Part shown: positions 10,319-23,300 of the stretch, one piece after another
Layout of the letters: each line of letters opens with the position of its first letter
Position numbering within the stretch: the first letter of the stretch is position 1
Assembly: GCA_964057225.1 (NCBI GenBank)
Contig: OZ059896.1
Location: 3,224,001 to 3,288,000, forward strand
Length of the DNA stretch: 64,000 nt
Source of the DNA: Auanema rhodensis
Taxonomy: Eukaryota > Animalia > Nematoda
Direction: 5' to 3'
Position numbers and translations under genes: made by a program
The notes under the pieces: model-generated
Databases searched by the model: none
What the model saw: only the letters and a program-made list of their open reading frames with translations
What the model was told of the DNA's origin: nothing

Positions 10319-12899
10319 ATCTGATAACACAGATCGACGCAGCTTAAAAATCCGCATCGAATGCACTATACTACATGGAGAAACGCTCAATACAAAAATT
10401 AGTTATGATCGTTTGAAAAATGATGCATTAGTGTATGTTGAGTTTCCATGTACACTCAACATTGCTTCCAAAAACATTTTGACAAAAAGTTTCCCGAAAA
10501 ATTACAAAATAATTTCACAAAAAGTAGATGTTTTTAGATTTCTTTTTTCAAGACAAAGACGATGGACATTGTTATTCAACGAAAAAATTAATTCTTCAGG
10601 GTGAAAATCGAGGATATAAGTGTGAACTTATATCAGTTGATATCTCGGTGCATTTTTGAGCTAGCGCAAATCTGATAACACAGATCGACGCAGCTTAAAA
10701 GTCCGCATCGAATGCACTATACTACATTAAGAAAAGCTTAATACAAAAATTAGTTATGATCGTTTGAAAAATGATGCATTAGTGTAGGTTGCGTTTCCAT
10801 GTACACTCAAAATTGCTTCCAAAAACATTTTGACAAAAATTTTTTCGAAAAATTTCAAAATAATTTAGCGAAAAGTAGGTGTTTCTAGATTCCTTTTTTC
10901 GAGGCAAAAACGATGAACAATGTTATTCAACGAAAAAATTAATTCTTCAGGGTGAAAATCGAGGATATAAGTGTGAACTTATATTGACAAAATTTTTTCG
11001 AAAAATTTCAAAATAATTTCGCAAAAAGTAGATGTTTTTAGATTCCTTTTTTTGAGGCAAAAACGATGGACAATGTTATCCAACGAAAAAATTAATTCTT
11101 CAGGGTGAAAATCGAGGATATAAGTGTGAACTTATATCAGTTGATATCTCGGTGCATTTTTAAGCTAGCGGAAATCTGATAACACAGATCGACGCAGCTT
11201 AAAAGTCCGCATCGAATGCATTATACTACATGGAGAAACGCTCATCACAAAAATTAGTTATGATCGTTTGAAAAATGATGCATTAGTGTATGTTGAGTTT
11301 CCATGTACACTCAAAATTGCTTCCAAAAACATTTTGACAAAAATTTTTTCGAAAAATTTCAAAATAATTTAGCAAAAAGTAGATGTTTTTAGATTCCTTC
11401 TTTCAAGGCAAAAACGATGGACAATGTTATTCAACGAAAAAATTAATTCTTCAGGGTGAAAATCGAGGATATAAGTGTGAACTTATATCAGTTGATATCT
11501 CGGTGCATTTTTAAGCTAGCGCAAATCTGATAACATAGATCGACGCAGCTTAAAAGTCCGCATCGAATGCACTATACTACATTAAGAAAAGCTTAATACA
11601 AAAATTAGTTATGATCGTTTGAAAAATGATGCATTAGTGTATGTTGAGTTTCCATGTACACTCAAAATTGCTTCCAAAAACATTTTGACAAAAATTTTTT
11701 CGAAAAATTTCAAAATAATTTAGCAAAAAGTAGATGTTTTTAGATTCCTTCTTTCAAGGCAAAAACGATGGACAATGTTATTCAACGAAAAAATTAATTC
11801 TTCAGGGTGAAAATCGAGGATATAAGTGTGAACTTATATCAGTTAATATCTCGGTGCATTTTTAAGCTAGCGCAAATCTGATAACACAGATCGACGCAGC
11901 TTAAAAATCCGCATCGAATGCACTATATTACATAGAGAAACGCTCAATACAAAAATTAGTTATGATCGTTTGAAAAATGATGCATTAGTGTATGTTGAGT
12001 TTCCATGTACACTCAACATTGCTTCCAAAAACATTTTGACAAAAATTTTTTCGAAAAATTTCAAAATAATTTAGCAAAAAGTAGATGTTTTTAGATTCCT
12101 TCTTTCAAGGCAAAAACGATGGACAATGTTATTCAACGAAAAAATTAATTCTTCAGGGTGAAAATCGAGGATATAAGTGTGAACTTATATCAGTTGATAT
12201 CTCGGTGCATTTTTAAGCTAGCGCAAATCTGATAACATAGATCGACGCAGCTTAAAAATCCGCATCGAATGCACTATACTACATGGAGAAACGCTCATCA
12301 CAAAAATTAGTTATGATCGTTTGAAAAATGATGCATTAGTGTATGTTGAGTTTCCATGTACACTCTACATTGCTTCCAAAAACATTTTGACAAAAATTTT
12401 TTCGAAAAATTTCAAAATAATTTAGCAAAAAGTAGATGTTTTTAGATTCCTTTTTTCAAGGCAAAAACGATGGACAATGTTATCCAACGAAAAAATTAAT
12501 TCTTCAGGGTGAAAATCGAGGATATAAGTGTGAACTTATATCAGTTGATATATCGGTGCATTTTTAAGCTAGCGGAAATCTGATAACACAGATCGACGCA
12601 GCTTAAAAGTCCGCATCGAATGCACTATACTACATTAAGAAAAGCTTAATACAAAAATTAGTTATGATCGTTTGAAAAATGATGCATTAGTGTATGTTGA
12701 GTTTCCATGTACACTCAAAATTGCTTCCAAAAACATTTTGACAAAAATTTTTTCGAAAAATTTCAAAATAATTTAGCAAAAAGTAGATGTTTTTAGATTC
12801 CTTTTTTCGAGGCAAAAACGATGGACAATGTTATTCAACGAAAAAATTAATTCTTCAGGGTGAAAATCGAGGATATAAGTGTGAACTTATATCAGTTGA

Positions 12900-14900
12900 T
12901 ATCTCGGTGCATTTTTAAGCTAGCGCAAATCTGATAACACAGATCGAAGCAGCTTAAAAATCCGCATCGAATGCATTATACTACATGGAGAAACGCTCAT
13001 CACAAAAATTAGTTATGATCGTTTGAAAAATGATGCATTAGTGTATGTTGAGTTTCCATGTACACTCAACATTGCTTCCAAAAACATTTTGACAAAACTT
13101 TTTCGAAAAATTTCAAAATAATTTCGCAAAAAGTAGATGTTTTTAGATTCCTTTTTTTGAGGCAAAAACGATGGACAATGTTATTCAACGAAAAAATTAA
13201 TTCTTCAGGGTGAAAATCGAGGATATAAGTGTGAACTTATATCAGTTAATATCTCGGTGCATTTTTAAGCTAGCGCAAATCTGATAACACAGATCGACGC
13301 AGCTTAAAAAACCGCATCGAATGCACTATATTACATTGAGAAAAGCTTAATACAAAAATTAGTTATGATCGTTTGAAAAATGATGCATTAGTGTATGTTG
13401 AGTTTCCATGTACACTCAAAATTGCTTCCAAAAACATTTTGACAAAAATTTTTTCGAAAAATTTCAAAATAATTTAGCAAAAAGTAGATGTTTTTAGATT
13501 CCATCTTTCAAGGCAAAAACGATGGACAATGTTATTCAACGAAAAAATTAATTCTTCAGGGTGAAAATCGAGGATATAAGTGTGAACTTATATCAGTTGA
13601 TATCTCGGTGCATTTTTAAGCTAGCGCAAATCTGATAACACAGATCGAAGCAGCTTAAAAATCCGCATCGAATGCATTATACTACATGGAGAAACGCTCA
13701 TCACAAAAATTAGTTATGATCGTTTGAAAAATGATGCATTAGTGTATGTTGAGTTTCCATGTACACTCAACATTGCTTCCAAAAACATTTTGACAAAAAT
13801 TTTTTCGAAAAATTTCAAAATAATTTAGCAAAAAGTAGATGTTTTTAGATTCCTTTTTTCGAGGCAAAAACGATGGACAATGTTATTCAACGAAAAAATT
13901 AATTCTTCAGGGTGAAAATCGAGGATATAAGTGTGAACTTATATCAGTTGATATCTCGGTGCATTTTTAAGCTAGCGCAAATCTGATAACACAGATCGAA
14001 GCAGCTTAAAAATCCGCATCGAATGCATTATACTACATGGAGAAACGCTCATCACAAAAATTAGTTATGATCGTTTGAAAAATGATGCATTAGTGTATGT
14101 TGAGTTTCCATGTACACTCAACATTGCTTCCAAAAACATTTTGACAAAACTTTTTCGAAAAATTTCAAAATAATTTCGCAAAAAGTAGATGTTTTTAGAT
14201 TCCTTTTTTTGAGGCAAAAACGATGGACAATGTTATTCAACGAAAAAATTAATTCTTCAGGGTGAAAATCGAGGATATAAGTGTGAACTTATATCAGTTA
14301 ATATCTCGGTGCATTTTTAAGCTAGCGCAAATCTGATAACACAGATCGACGCAGCTTAAAAAACCGCATCGAATGCACTATATTACATTGAGAAAAGCTT
14401 AATACAAAAATTAGTTATGATCGTTTGAAAAATGATGCATTAGTGTATGTTGAGTTTCCATGTACACTCAAAATTGCTTCCAAAAACATTTTGACAAAAA
14501 TTTTTTCGAAAAATTTCAAAATAATTTAGCAAAAAGTAGATGTTTTTAGATTCCATCTTTCAAGGCAAAAACGATGGACAATGTTATTCAACGAAAAAAT
14601 TAATTCTTCAGGGTGAAAATCGAGGATATAAGTGTGAACTTATATCAGTTGATATCTCGGTGCATTTTTAAGCTAGCGCAAATCTGATAACACAGATCGA
14701 AGCAGCTTAAAAATCCGCATCGAATGCATTATACTACATGGAGAAACGCTCATCACAAAAATTAGTTATGATCGTTTGAAAAATGATGCATTAGTGTATG
14801 TTGAGTTTCCATGTACACTCAACATTGCTTCCAAAAACATTTTGACAAAAATTTTTTCGAAAAATTTCAAAATAATTTAGCAAAAAGTAGATGTTTTTAG
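12900..14900 (+). repeat. Local 3-mer higher-order repeat (1052 bp)
   Basis: Variant ccatctttc at 13501 and 14553. The aaaacttttt and aaaaaaccgc variants recur at the same offset. Confidence 0.8.
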
Positions 14901-17199
14901 ATTCCATCTTTCAAGGCAAAAACGATGGACAATGTTATTCAACGAAAAAATTAATTCTTCAGGGTGAAAATCGAGGATATAAGTGTGAACTTATATCAGT
15001 TAATATCTCGGTGCATTTTTAAGCTAGCGCAAATCTGATAACACAGATCGACGCAGCTTAAAAATCCGCATCGAATGCACTATATTACATTGAGGAAAGC
15101 TTAATACAAAAATTAGTTATGATCGTTTGAAAAATGATGCATTAGTGTATGTTGAGTTTCCATGTACACTCAACATTGCTTCCAAAAACATTTTGACAAA
15201 AATTTTTTCGAAAAATTTCAAAATAATTTAGCAAAAAGTAGATGTTTTTAGATTCCTTCTTTCAAGGCAAAAACGATGGACAATGTTATTCAACGAAAAA
15301 ATTAATTCTTCAGGGTGAAAATCGAGGATATAAGTGTGAACTTATATCAGTTGATATCTCGGTGCATTTTTAAGCTAGCGCAAATCTGATAACATAGATC
15401 GACGCAGCTTAAAAGTCCGCATCGAATGCACTATATTACATTGAGGAAAGCTTAATACAAAAATTAGTTATGATCGTTTGAAAAATGATGCATTAGTGTA
15501 TGTTGAGTTTCCATGTACACTCAACATTGCTTCCAAAAACATTTTGACAAAAATTTTTTCGAAAAATTTCAAAATAATTTAGCAAAAAGTAGATGTTTTT
15601 AGATTCCTTCTTTCAAGGCAAAAACGATGGACAATGTTATTCAACGAAAAAATTAATTCTTCAGGGTGAAAATCGAGGATATAAGTGTGAACTTATATCA
15701 GTTAATATCTCGGTGCATTTTTAAGCTAGCGCAAATCTGATAACACAGATCGACGCAGCTTAAAAATCCGCATCGAATGCACTATATTACATTGAGGAAA
15801 GCTTAATACAAAAATTAGTTATGATCGTTTGAAAAATGATGCATTAGTGTATGTTGAGTTTCCATGTACACTCAACATTGCTTCCAAAAACATTTTGACA
15901 AAAATTTTTTCGAAAAATTTCAAAATAATTTAGCAAAAAGTAGATGTTTTTAGATTCCTTCTTTCAAGGCAAAAACGATGGACAATGTTATTCAACGAAA
16001 AAATTAATTCTTCAGGGTGAAAATCGAGGATATAAGTGTGAACTTATATCAGTTAATATCTCGGTGCATTTTTAAGCTAGCGCAAATCTGATAACACAGA
16101 TCGACGCAGCTTAAAAATCCGCATCGAATGCACTATATTACATTGAGGAAAGCTTAATACAAAAATTAGTTATGATCGTTTGAAAAATGATGCATTAGTG
16201 TATGTTGAGTTTCCATGTACACTCAACATTGCTTCCAAAAACATTTTGACAAAAATTTTTTCGAAAAATTTCAAAATAATTTAGCAAAAAGTAGATGTTT
16301 TTAGATTCCTTCTTTCAAGGCAAAAACGATGGACAATGTTATTCAACGAAAAAATTAATTCTTCAGGGTGAAAATCGAGGATATAAGTGTGAACTTATAT
16401 CAGTTGATATCTCGGTGCATTTTTAAGCTAGCGCAAATCTGATAACATAGATCGACGCAGCTTAAAAGTCCGCATCGAATGCACTATATTACATTGAGGA
16501 AAGCTTAATACAAAAATTAGTTATGATCGTTTGAAAAATGATGCATTAGTGTATGTTGAGTTTCCATGTACACTCAACATTGCTTCCAAAAACATTTTGA
16601 CAAAAATTTTTTCGAAAAATTTCAAAATAATTTAGCAAAAAGTAGATGTTTTTAGATTCCTTCTTTCAAGGCAAAAACGATGGACAATGTTATTCAACGA
16701 AAAAATTAATTCTTCAGGGTGAAAATCGAGGATATAAGTGTGAACTTATATCAGTTGATATCTCGGTGCATTTTTAAGCTAGCGCAAATCTGATAACACA
16801 GATCGAAGCAGCTTAAAAATCCGCATCGAATGCACTATAATAGATTAAGAAACGCTCAATACAAAAATTAGTTATGATCGTTTGAAAAATGATGCATTAG
16901 TGTATGTTGAGTTTCCATGTACACTCGAAATTGCTTCCAAAAACATTTTGACAAAAATTTTTTCGAAAAATTTCAAAATAATTTAGCAAAAAGTAGATGT
17001 TTTTAGATTCCTTTTTTCAAGGCAAAAACGATGGACAATGTTATTTAACGAAAAAATTAATTTTTCAGGGTGAAAATCGAGGATATAAGTGTGAACTTAT
17101 ATCAGTTGATATCTCGGTGCATTTTTAAGCTAGCGCAAATCTAATAACACAGATCGACGCAGCTTAAAAATCCGCATCGAATGCACTATATTGCATTGA

Positions 17200-20100
17200 G
17201 GAAAGCTTAATACAAAAATTAGTTATGATTGTTTGAAAAATGATGCATTAGTGTATGTTGAGTTTCCATGTACACTCAAAATTGCTTCCAAAAACATTTT
17301 GACAAAAATTTTTTCGAAAAATTTCAAAATAATTTAGCAAAAAGTAGATGTTTTTAGATTCCTTTTTTCGAGGCAAAAACGATGGACAATGTTATTCAAC
17401 GAAAAAATTAATTCTTCAGGGTGAAAATCGAGGATATAAGTGTGAACTTATATCAGTTGATATCTCGGTGCATTTTTAAGCTAGCGCAAATCTGATAACA
17501 CAGATCGAAGCAGCTTAAAAATCCGCATCGAATGCACTATAATAGATTAAGAAAAGCTTAATACAAAAATTAGTTACGATCGTTTGAAAAATGATGCATT
17601 AGTGTATGTTGAGTTTCCATGTACACTCAACATTGCTTCCAAAAACATTTTGACAAAAATTTTTTCGAAAAATTTCAAAATAATTTAGCAAAAAGTAGAT
17701 GTTTTTAGATTCCTTCTTTCAAGGCAAAAACGATGGACAATGTTATTCAACGAAAAAATTAATTCTTCAGGGTGAAAATCGAGGATATAAGTGTGAACTT
17801 ATATCAGTTGATATCTCGGTGCATTTTTAAGCTAGCGCAAATCTGATAACACAGATCGAAGCAGCTTAAAAATCCGCATCGAATGCACTATAATAGATTA
17901 AGAAACGCTCAATACAAAAATTAGTTATGATCGTTTGAAAAATGATGCATTAGTGTATGTTGAGTTTCCATGTACACTCAAAATTGCTTCCAAAAACATT
18001 TTGACAAAAATTTTTTCGAAAAATTTCAAAATAATTTAGCAAAAAGTAGATGTTTTTAGATTCCTTTTTTCAAGGCAAAAACGATGGACAATGTTATTTA
18101 ACGAAAAAATTAATTCTTCAGGGTGAAAATCGAGGATATAAGTGTGAACTTATATCAGTTGATATCTCGGTGCATTTTTAAGCTAGCGCAAATCTGATAA
18201 CACAGATCGAAGCAGCTTAAAAATCCGCATCGAATGCACTATAATAGATTAAGAAACGCTCAATACAAAAATTAGTTATGATCGTTTGAAAAATGATGCA
18301 TTAGTGTATGTTGAGTTTCCATGTACACTCAAAATTGCTTCCAAAAACATTTTGACAAAAATTTTTTCGAAAAATTTCAAAATAATTTAGCAAAAAGTAG
18401 ATGTTTTTAGATTCCTTTTTTCAAGGCAAAAACGATGGACAATGTTATTTAACGAAAAAATTAATTCTTCAGGGTGAAAATCGAGGATATAAGTGTGAAC
18501 TTATATCAGTTGATATCTCGGTGCATTTTTAAGCTAGCGCAAATCTAATAACACAGATCGACGCAGCTTAAAAATCCGCATCGAATGCACTATATTACAT
18601 TGAGGAAAGCTTAATACAAAAATTAGTTATGATTGTTTGAAAAATGATGCATTAGTGTATGTTGAGTTTCCATGTACACTCAAAATTGCTTCCAAAAACA
18701 TTTTGACAAAAATTTTTTCGAAAAATTTCAAAATAATTTAGCAAAAAGTAGATGTTTTTAGATTCCTTTTTTCGAGGCAAAAACGATGGACAATGTTATT
18801 CAACGAAAAAATTAATTCTTCAGGGTGAAAATCGAGGATATAAGTGTGAACTTATATCAGTTGATATCTCGGTGCATTTTTAAGCTAGCGCAAATCTGAT
18901 AACACAGATCGAAGCAGCTTAAAAATCCGCATCGAATGCACTATAATACATTAAGAAAAGCTTAATACAAAAATTAGTTACGATCGTTTGAAAAATGATG
19001 CATTAGTGTATGTTGAGTTTCCATGTACACTCAACATTGCTTCCAAAAACATTTTGACAAAAATTTTTTCGAAAAATTTCAAAATAATTTAGCAAAAAGT
19101 AGATGTTTTTAGATTCCTTCTTTCAAGGCAAAAACGATGGACAATGTTATTCAACGAAAAAATTAATTCTTCAGGGTGAAAATCGAGGATATAAGTGTGA
19201 ACTTATATCAGTTGATATCTCGGTGCATTTTTAAGCTAGCGCAAATCTGATAACACAGATCGAAGCAGCTTAAAACTCCGCATCGAATGCACTATAATAA
19301 ATTAAGAAACGCTCAATACAAAAATTAGTTATGATCGTTTGAAAAATGATGCATTAGTGTATGTTGAGTTTCCATGTACACTCAAAATTGCTTCCAAAAA
19401 CATTTTGACAAAAATTTTTTCGAAAAATTTCAAAATAATTTAGCAAAAAGTAGATGTTTTTAGATTCCTTTTTTCAAGGCAAAAACGATGGACAATGTTA
19501 TTTAACGAAAAAATTAATTCTTCAGGGTGAAAATCGAGGATATAAGTGTGAACTTATATCAGTTGATATCTCGGTGCATTTTTAAGCTAGCGCAAATCTG
19601 ATAACACAGATCGAAGCAGCTTAAAAATCCGCATCGAATGCACTATAATAGATTAAGAAACGCTCAATACAAAAATTAGTTATGATCGTTTGAAAAATGA
19701 TGCATTAGTGTATGTTGAGTTTCCATGTACACTCAAAATTGCTTCCAAAAACATTTTGACAAAAATTTTTTCGAAAAATTTCAAAATAATTTAGCAAAAA
19801 GTAGATGTTTTTAGATTCCTTTTTTCAAGGCAAAAACGATGGACAATGTTATTTAACGAAAAAATTAATTCTTCAGGGTGAAAATCGAGGATATAAGTGT
19901 GAACTTATATCAGTTGATATCTCGGTGCATTTTTAAGCTAGCGCAAATCTAATAACACAGATCGACGCAGCTTAAAAATCCGCATCGAATGCACTATATT
20001 ACATTGAGGAAAGCTTAATACAAAAATTAGTTATGATTGTTTGAAAAATGATGCATTAGTGTATGTTGAGTTTCCATGTACACTCAAAATTGCTTCCAAA

Positions 20101-20300
20101 AACATTTTGACAAAAATTTTTTCGAAAAATTTCAAAATAATTTAGCAAAAAGTAGATGTTTTTAGATTCCTTTTTTCGAGGCAAAAACGATGGACAATGT
20201 TATTCAACGAAAAAATTAATTCTTCAGGGTGAAAATCGAGGATATAAGTGTGAACTTATATCAGTTGATATCTCGGTGCATTTTTAAGCTAGCGCAAATC
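17200..20300 (+). repeat. Local 4-mer higher-order repeat (1404 bp)
   Basis: Rare variant tagttacgat at 17571 and 18975. The ttatttaacg and tctaataac variants follow in register. Confidence 0.8.
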
Positions 20301-23300
20301 TGATAACACAGATCGAAGCAGCTTAAAAATCCGCATCGAATGCACTATAATACATTAAGAAACGCTCAATACAAAAATTAGTTATGATCGTTTGAAAAAT
20401 GATGCATTAGTGTATGTTGAGTTTCCATGTACACTCAAAATTGCTTCCAAAAACATTTTGACAAAAATTTTTTCGAAAAATTTCAAAATAATTTAGCAAA
20501 AAGTAGATGTTTTTAGATTCCTTTTTTCAAGGCAAAAACGATGGACAATGTTATTCAACGAAAAAATTAATTCTTCAGGGTGAAAATCGAGGATATAAGT
20601 GTGAACTTATATCAGTTGATATCTCGGTGCATTTTTAAGCTAGCGCAAATCTGATAACACAGATCGACGCAGCTTAAAAATCCGCATCGAATGCACTATA
20701 TTACATTGAGGAAAGCTTAATACAAAAATTAGTTATGATTGTTTGAAAAATGATGCATTAGTGTATGTTGAGTTTCCATGTACACTCAAAATTGCTTCCA
20801 AAAACATTTTGACAAAAATTTTTTCGAAAAATTTCAAAATAATTTAGCGAGAAGTAGATGTTTTTAGATTCCTTCTTTCAAGGCAAAAACGATGGACAAT
20901 GTTATTCAACGAAAAAATTAATTCTTCAGGGTGAAAATCGAGGATATAAGTGTGAACTTATATCAGTTGATATCTCGGTGCATTTTTAAGCTAGCGCAAA
21001 TCTAATAACACAGATCGAAGCAGCTTAAAAATCCGCATCGAATGCACTATATTACATTGAGGAAAGCTTAATACAAAAATTAGTTATGATTGTTTGAAAA
21101 ATGATGCATTAGTGTATGTTGAGTTTCCATGTACACTCAAAATTGCTTCCAAAAACATTTTGACAAAAATTTTTTCGAAAAATTTCAAAATAATTTAGCG
21201 AGAAGTAGATGTTTTTAGATTCCTTCTTTCAAGGCAAAAACGATGGACAATGTTATTCAACGAAAAAATTAATTCTTCAGGGTGAAAATCGAGGATATAA
21301 GTGTGAACTTATATCAGTTGATATCTCGGTGCATTTTTAAGCTAGCGCAAATCTAATAACACAGATCGAAGCAGCTTAAAAATCCGCATCGAATGCACTA
21401 TATTACATTGAGGAAAGCTTAATACAAAAATTAGTTATGATTGTTTGAAAAATGATGCATTAGTGTATGTTGAGTTTCCATGTACACTCAAAATTGCTTC
21501 CAAAAACATTTTGACAAAAATTTTTTCGAAAAATTTCAAAATAATTTAGCAAAAAGTAGATGTTTTTAGATTCCTTCTTTCAAGGCAAAAACGATGGACA
21601 ATGTTATTCAACGAAAAAATTAATTCTTCAGGGTGAAAATCGAGGATATAAGTGTGAACTTATATCAGTTGATATCTCGGTGCATTTTTAAGCTAGCGCA
21701 AATCTAATAACACAGATCGAAGCAGCTTAAAAATCCGCATCGAATGCACTATATTACATTGAGGAAAGCTTAATACAAAAATTAGTTATGATTGTTTGAA
21801 AAATTATGCATTAGTGTATGTTGAGTTTCCATGTACACTCAAAATTGCTTCCAAAAACATTTTGACAAAAATTTTTTCGAAAAATTTCAAGATAATTTAG
21901 CAAAAAGTAGATGTTTTTAGATTCCTTTTTTCGAGGCAAAAACGATGGACAATGTTATTCAACGAAAAAATTAATTCTTCAGGGTGAAAATCGAGGATAT
22001 AAGTGTGAACTTATATCAGTTGATATCTCGGTGCATTTTTAAGCTAGCGCAAATCTGATAACACAGATCGAAGCAGCTTAAAAATCCGCATCGAATGCAC
22101 TATAATACATTAAGAAACGCTCAATACAAAAATTAGTTATGATCGTTTGAAAAATGATGCATTAGTGTATGTTGAGTTTCCATGTACACTCAAAATTGCT
22201 TCCAAAAACATTTTGACAAAAATTTTTTCGAAAAATTTCAAAATAATTTAGCAAAAAGTACATGTTTTTAGATTCCTTTTTTCAAGGCAAAAACGATGGA
22301 CAATGTTATTCAACGAAAAAATTAATTCTTCAGGGTGAAAATCGAGGATATAAGTGTGAACTTATATCAGTTGATATCTCGGTGCATTTTTAAGCTAACG
22401 CAAATCTGATAACACAGATCGACGCAGCTTAAAAATCCGCATCGAATGCACTATATTACATTGAGGAAAGCTTAATACAAAAATTAGTTATGATTGTTTG
22501 AAAAATGATGCATTAGTGTATGTTGAGTTTCCATGTACACTCAAAATTGCTTCCAAAAACATTTTGACAAAAATTTTTTCGAAAAATTTCAAGATAATTT
22601 AGCAAAAAGTAGATGTTTTTAGATTCCTTTTTTCGAGGCAAAAACGATGGACAATGTTATTCAACGAAAAAATTAATTCTTCAGGGTGAAAATCGAGGAT
22701 ATAAGTGTGAACTTATATCAGTTGATATCTCGGTGCATTTTTAAGCTAGCGCAAATCTGATAACACAGATCGAAGCAGCTTAAAAATCCGCATCGAATGC
22801 ACTATAATACATTAAGAAACGCTCAATACAAAAATTAGTTATGATCGTTTGAAAAATGATGCATTAGTGTATGTTGAGTTTCCATGTACACTCAAAATTG
22901 CTTCCAAAAACATTTTGACAAAAATTTTTTCGAAAAATTTCAAAATAATTTAGCAAAAAGTAGATGTTTTTAGATTCCTTTTTTCAAGGCAAAAACGATG
23001 GACAATGTTATTCAACGAAAAAATTAATTCTTCAGGGTGAAAATCGAGGATATAAGTGTGAACTTATATCAGTTGATATCTCGGTGCATTTTTAAGCTAG
23101 CGCAAATCTGATAACACAGATCGACGCAGCTTAAAAATCCGCATCGAATGCACTATATTACATTGAGGAAAGCTTAATACAAAAATTAGTTATGATTGTT
23201 TGAAAAATGATGCATTAGTGTATGTTGAGTTTCCATGTACACTCAAAATTGCTTCCAAAAACATTTTGACAAAAATTTTTTCGAAAAATTTCAAAATAAT

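Noticed and set aside
10190-10390. 66-aa minus-strand ORF
   Set aside because: It spans the spacer/satellite junction, is short, and has no transposase or other recognisable motif.
11870-11945. Satellite-borne hammerhead ribozyme (ctgata... gaaac)
   Set aside because: The CUGANGA core is absent on both strands (ctgataa, ctgatat), and the stems do not fit the hammerhead topology.
12045-12125. CENP-B box
   Set aside because: TTCG motifs occur, but none is followed by the required NNNNANNCGGG.
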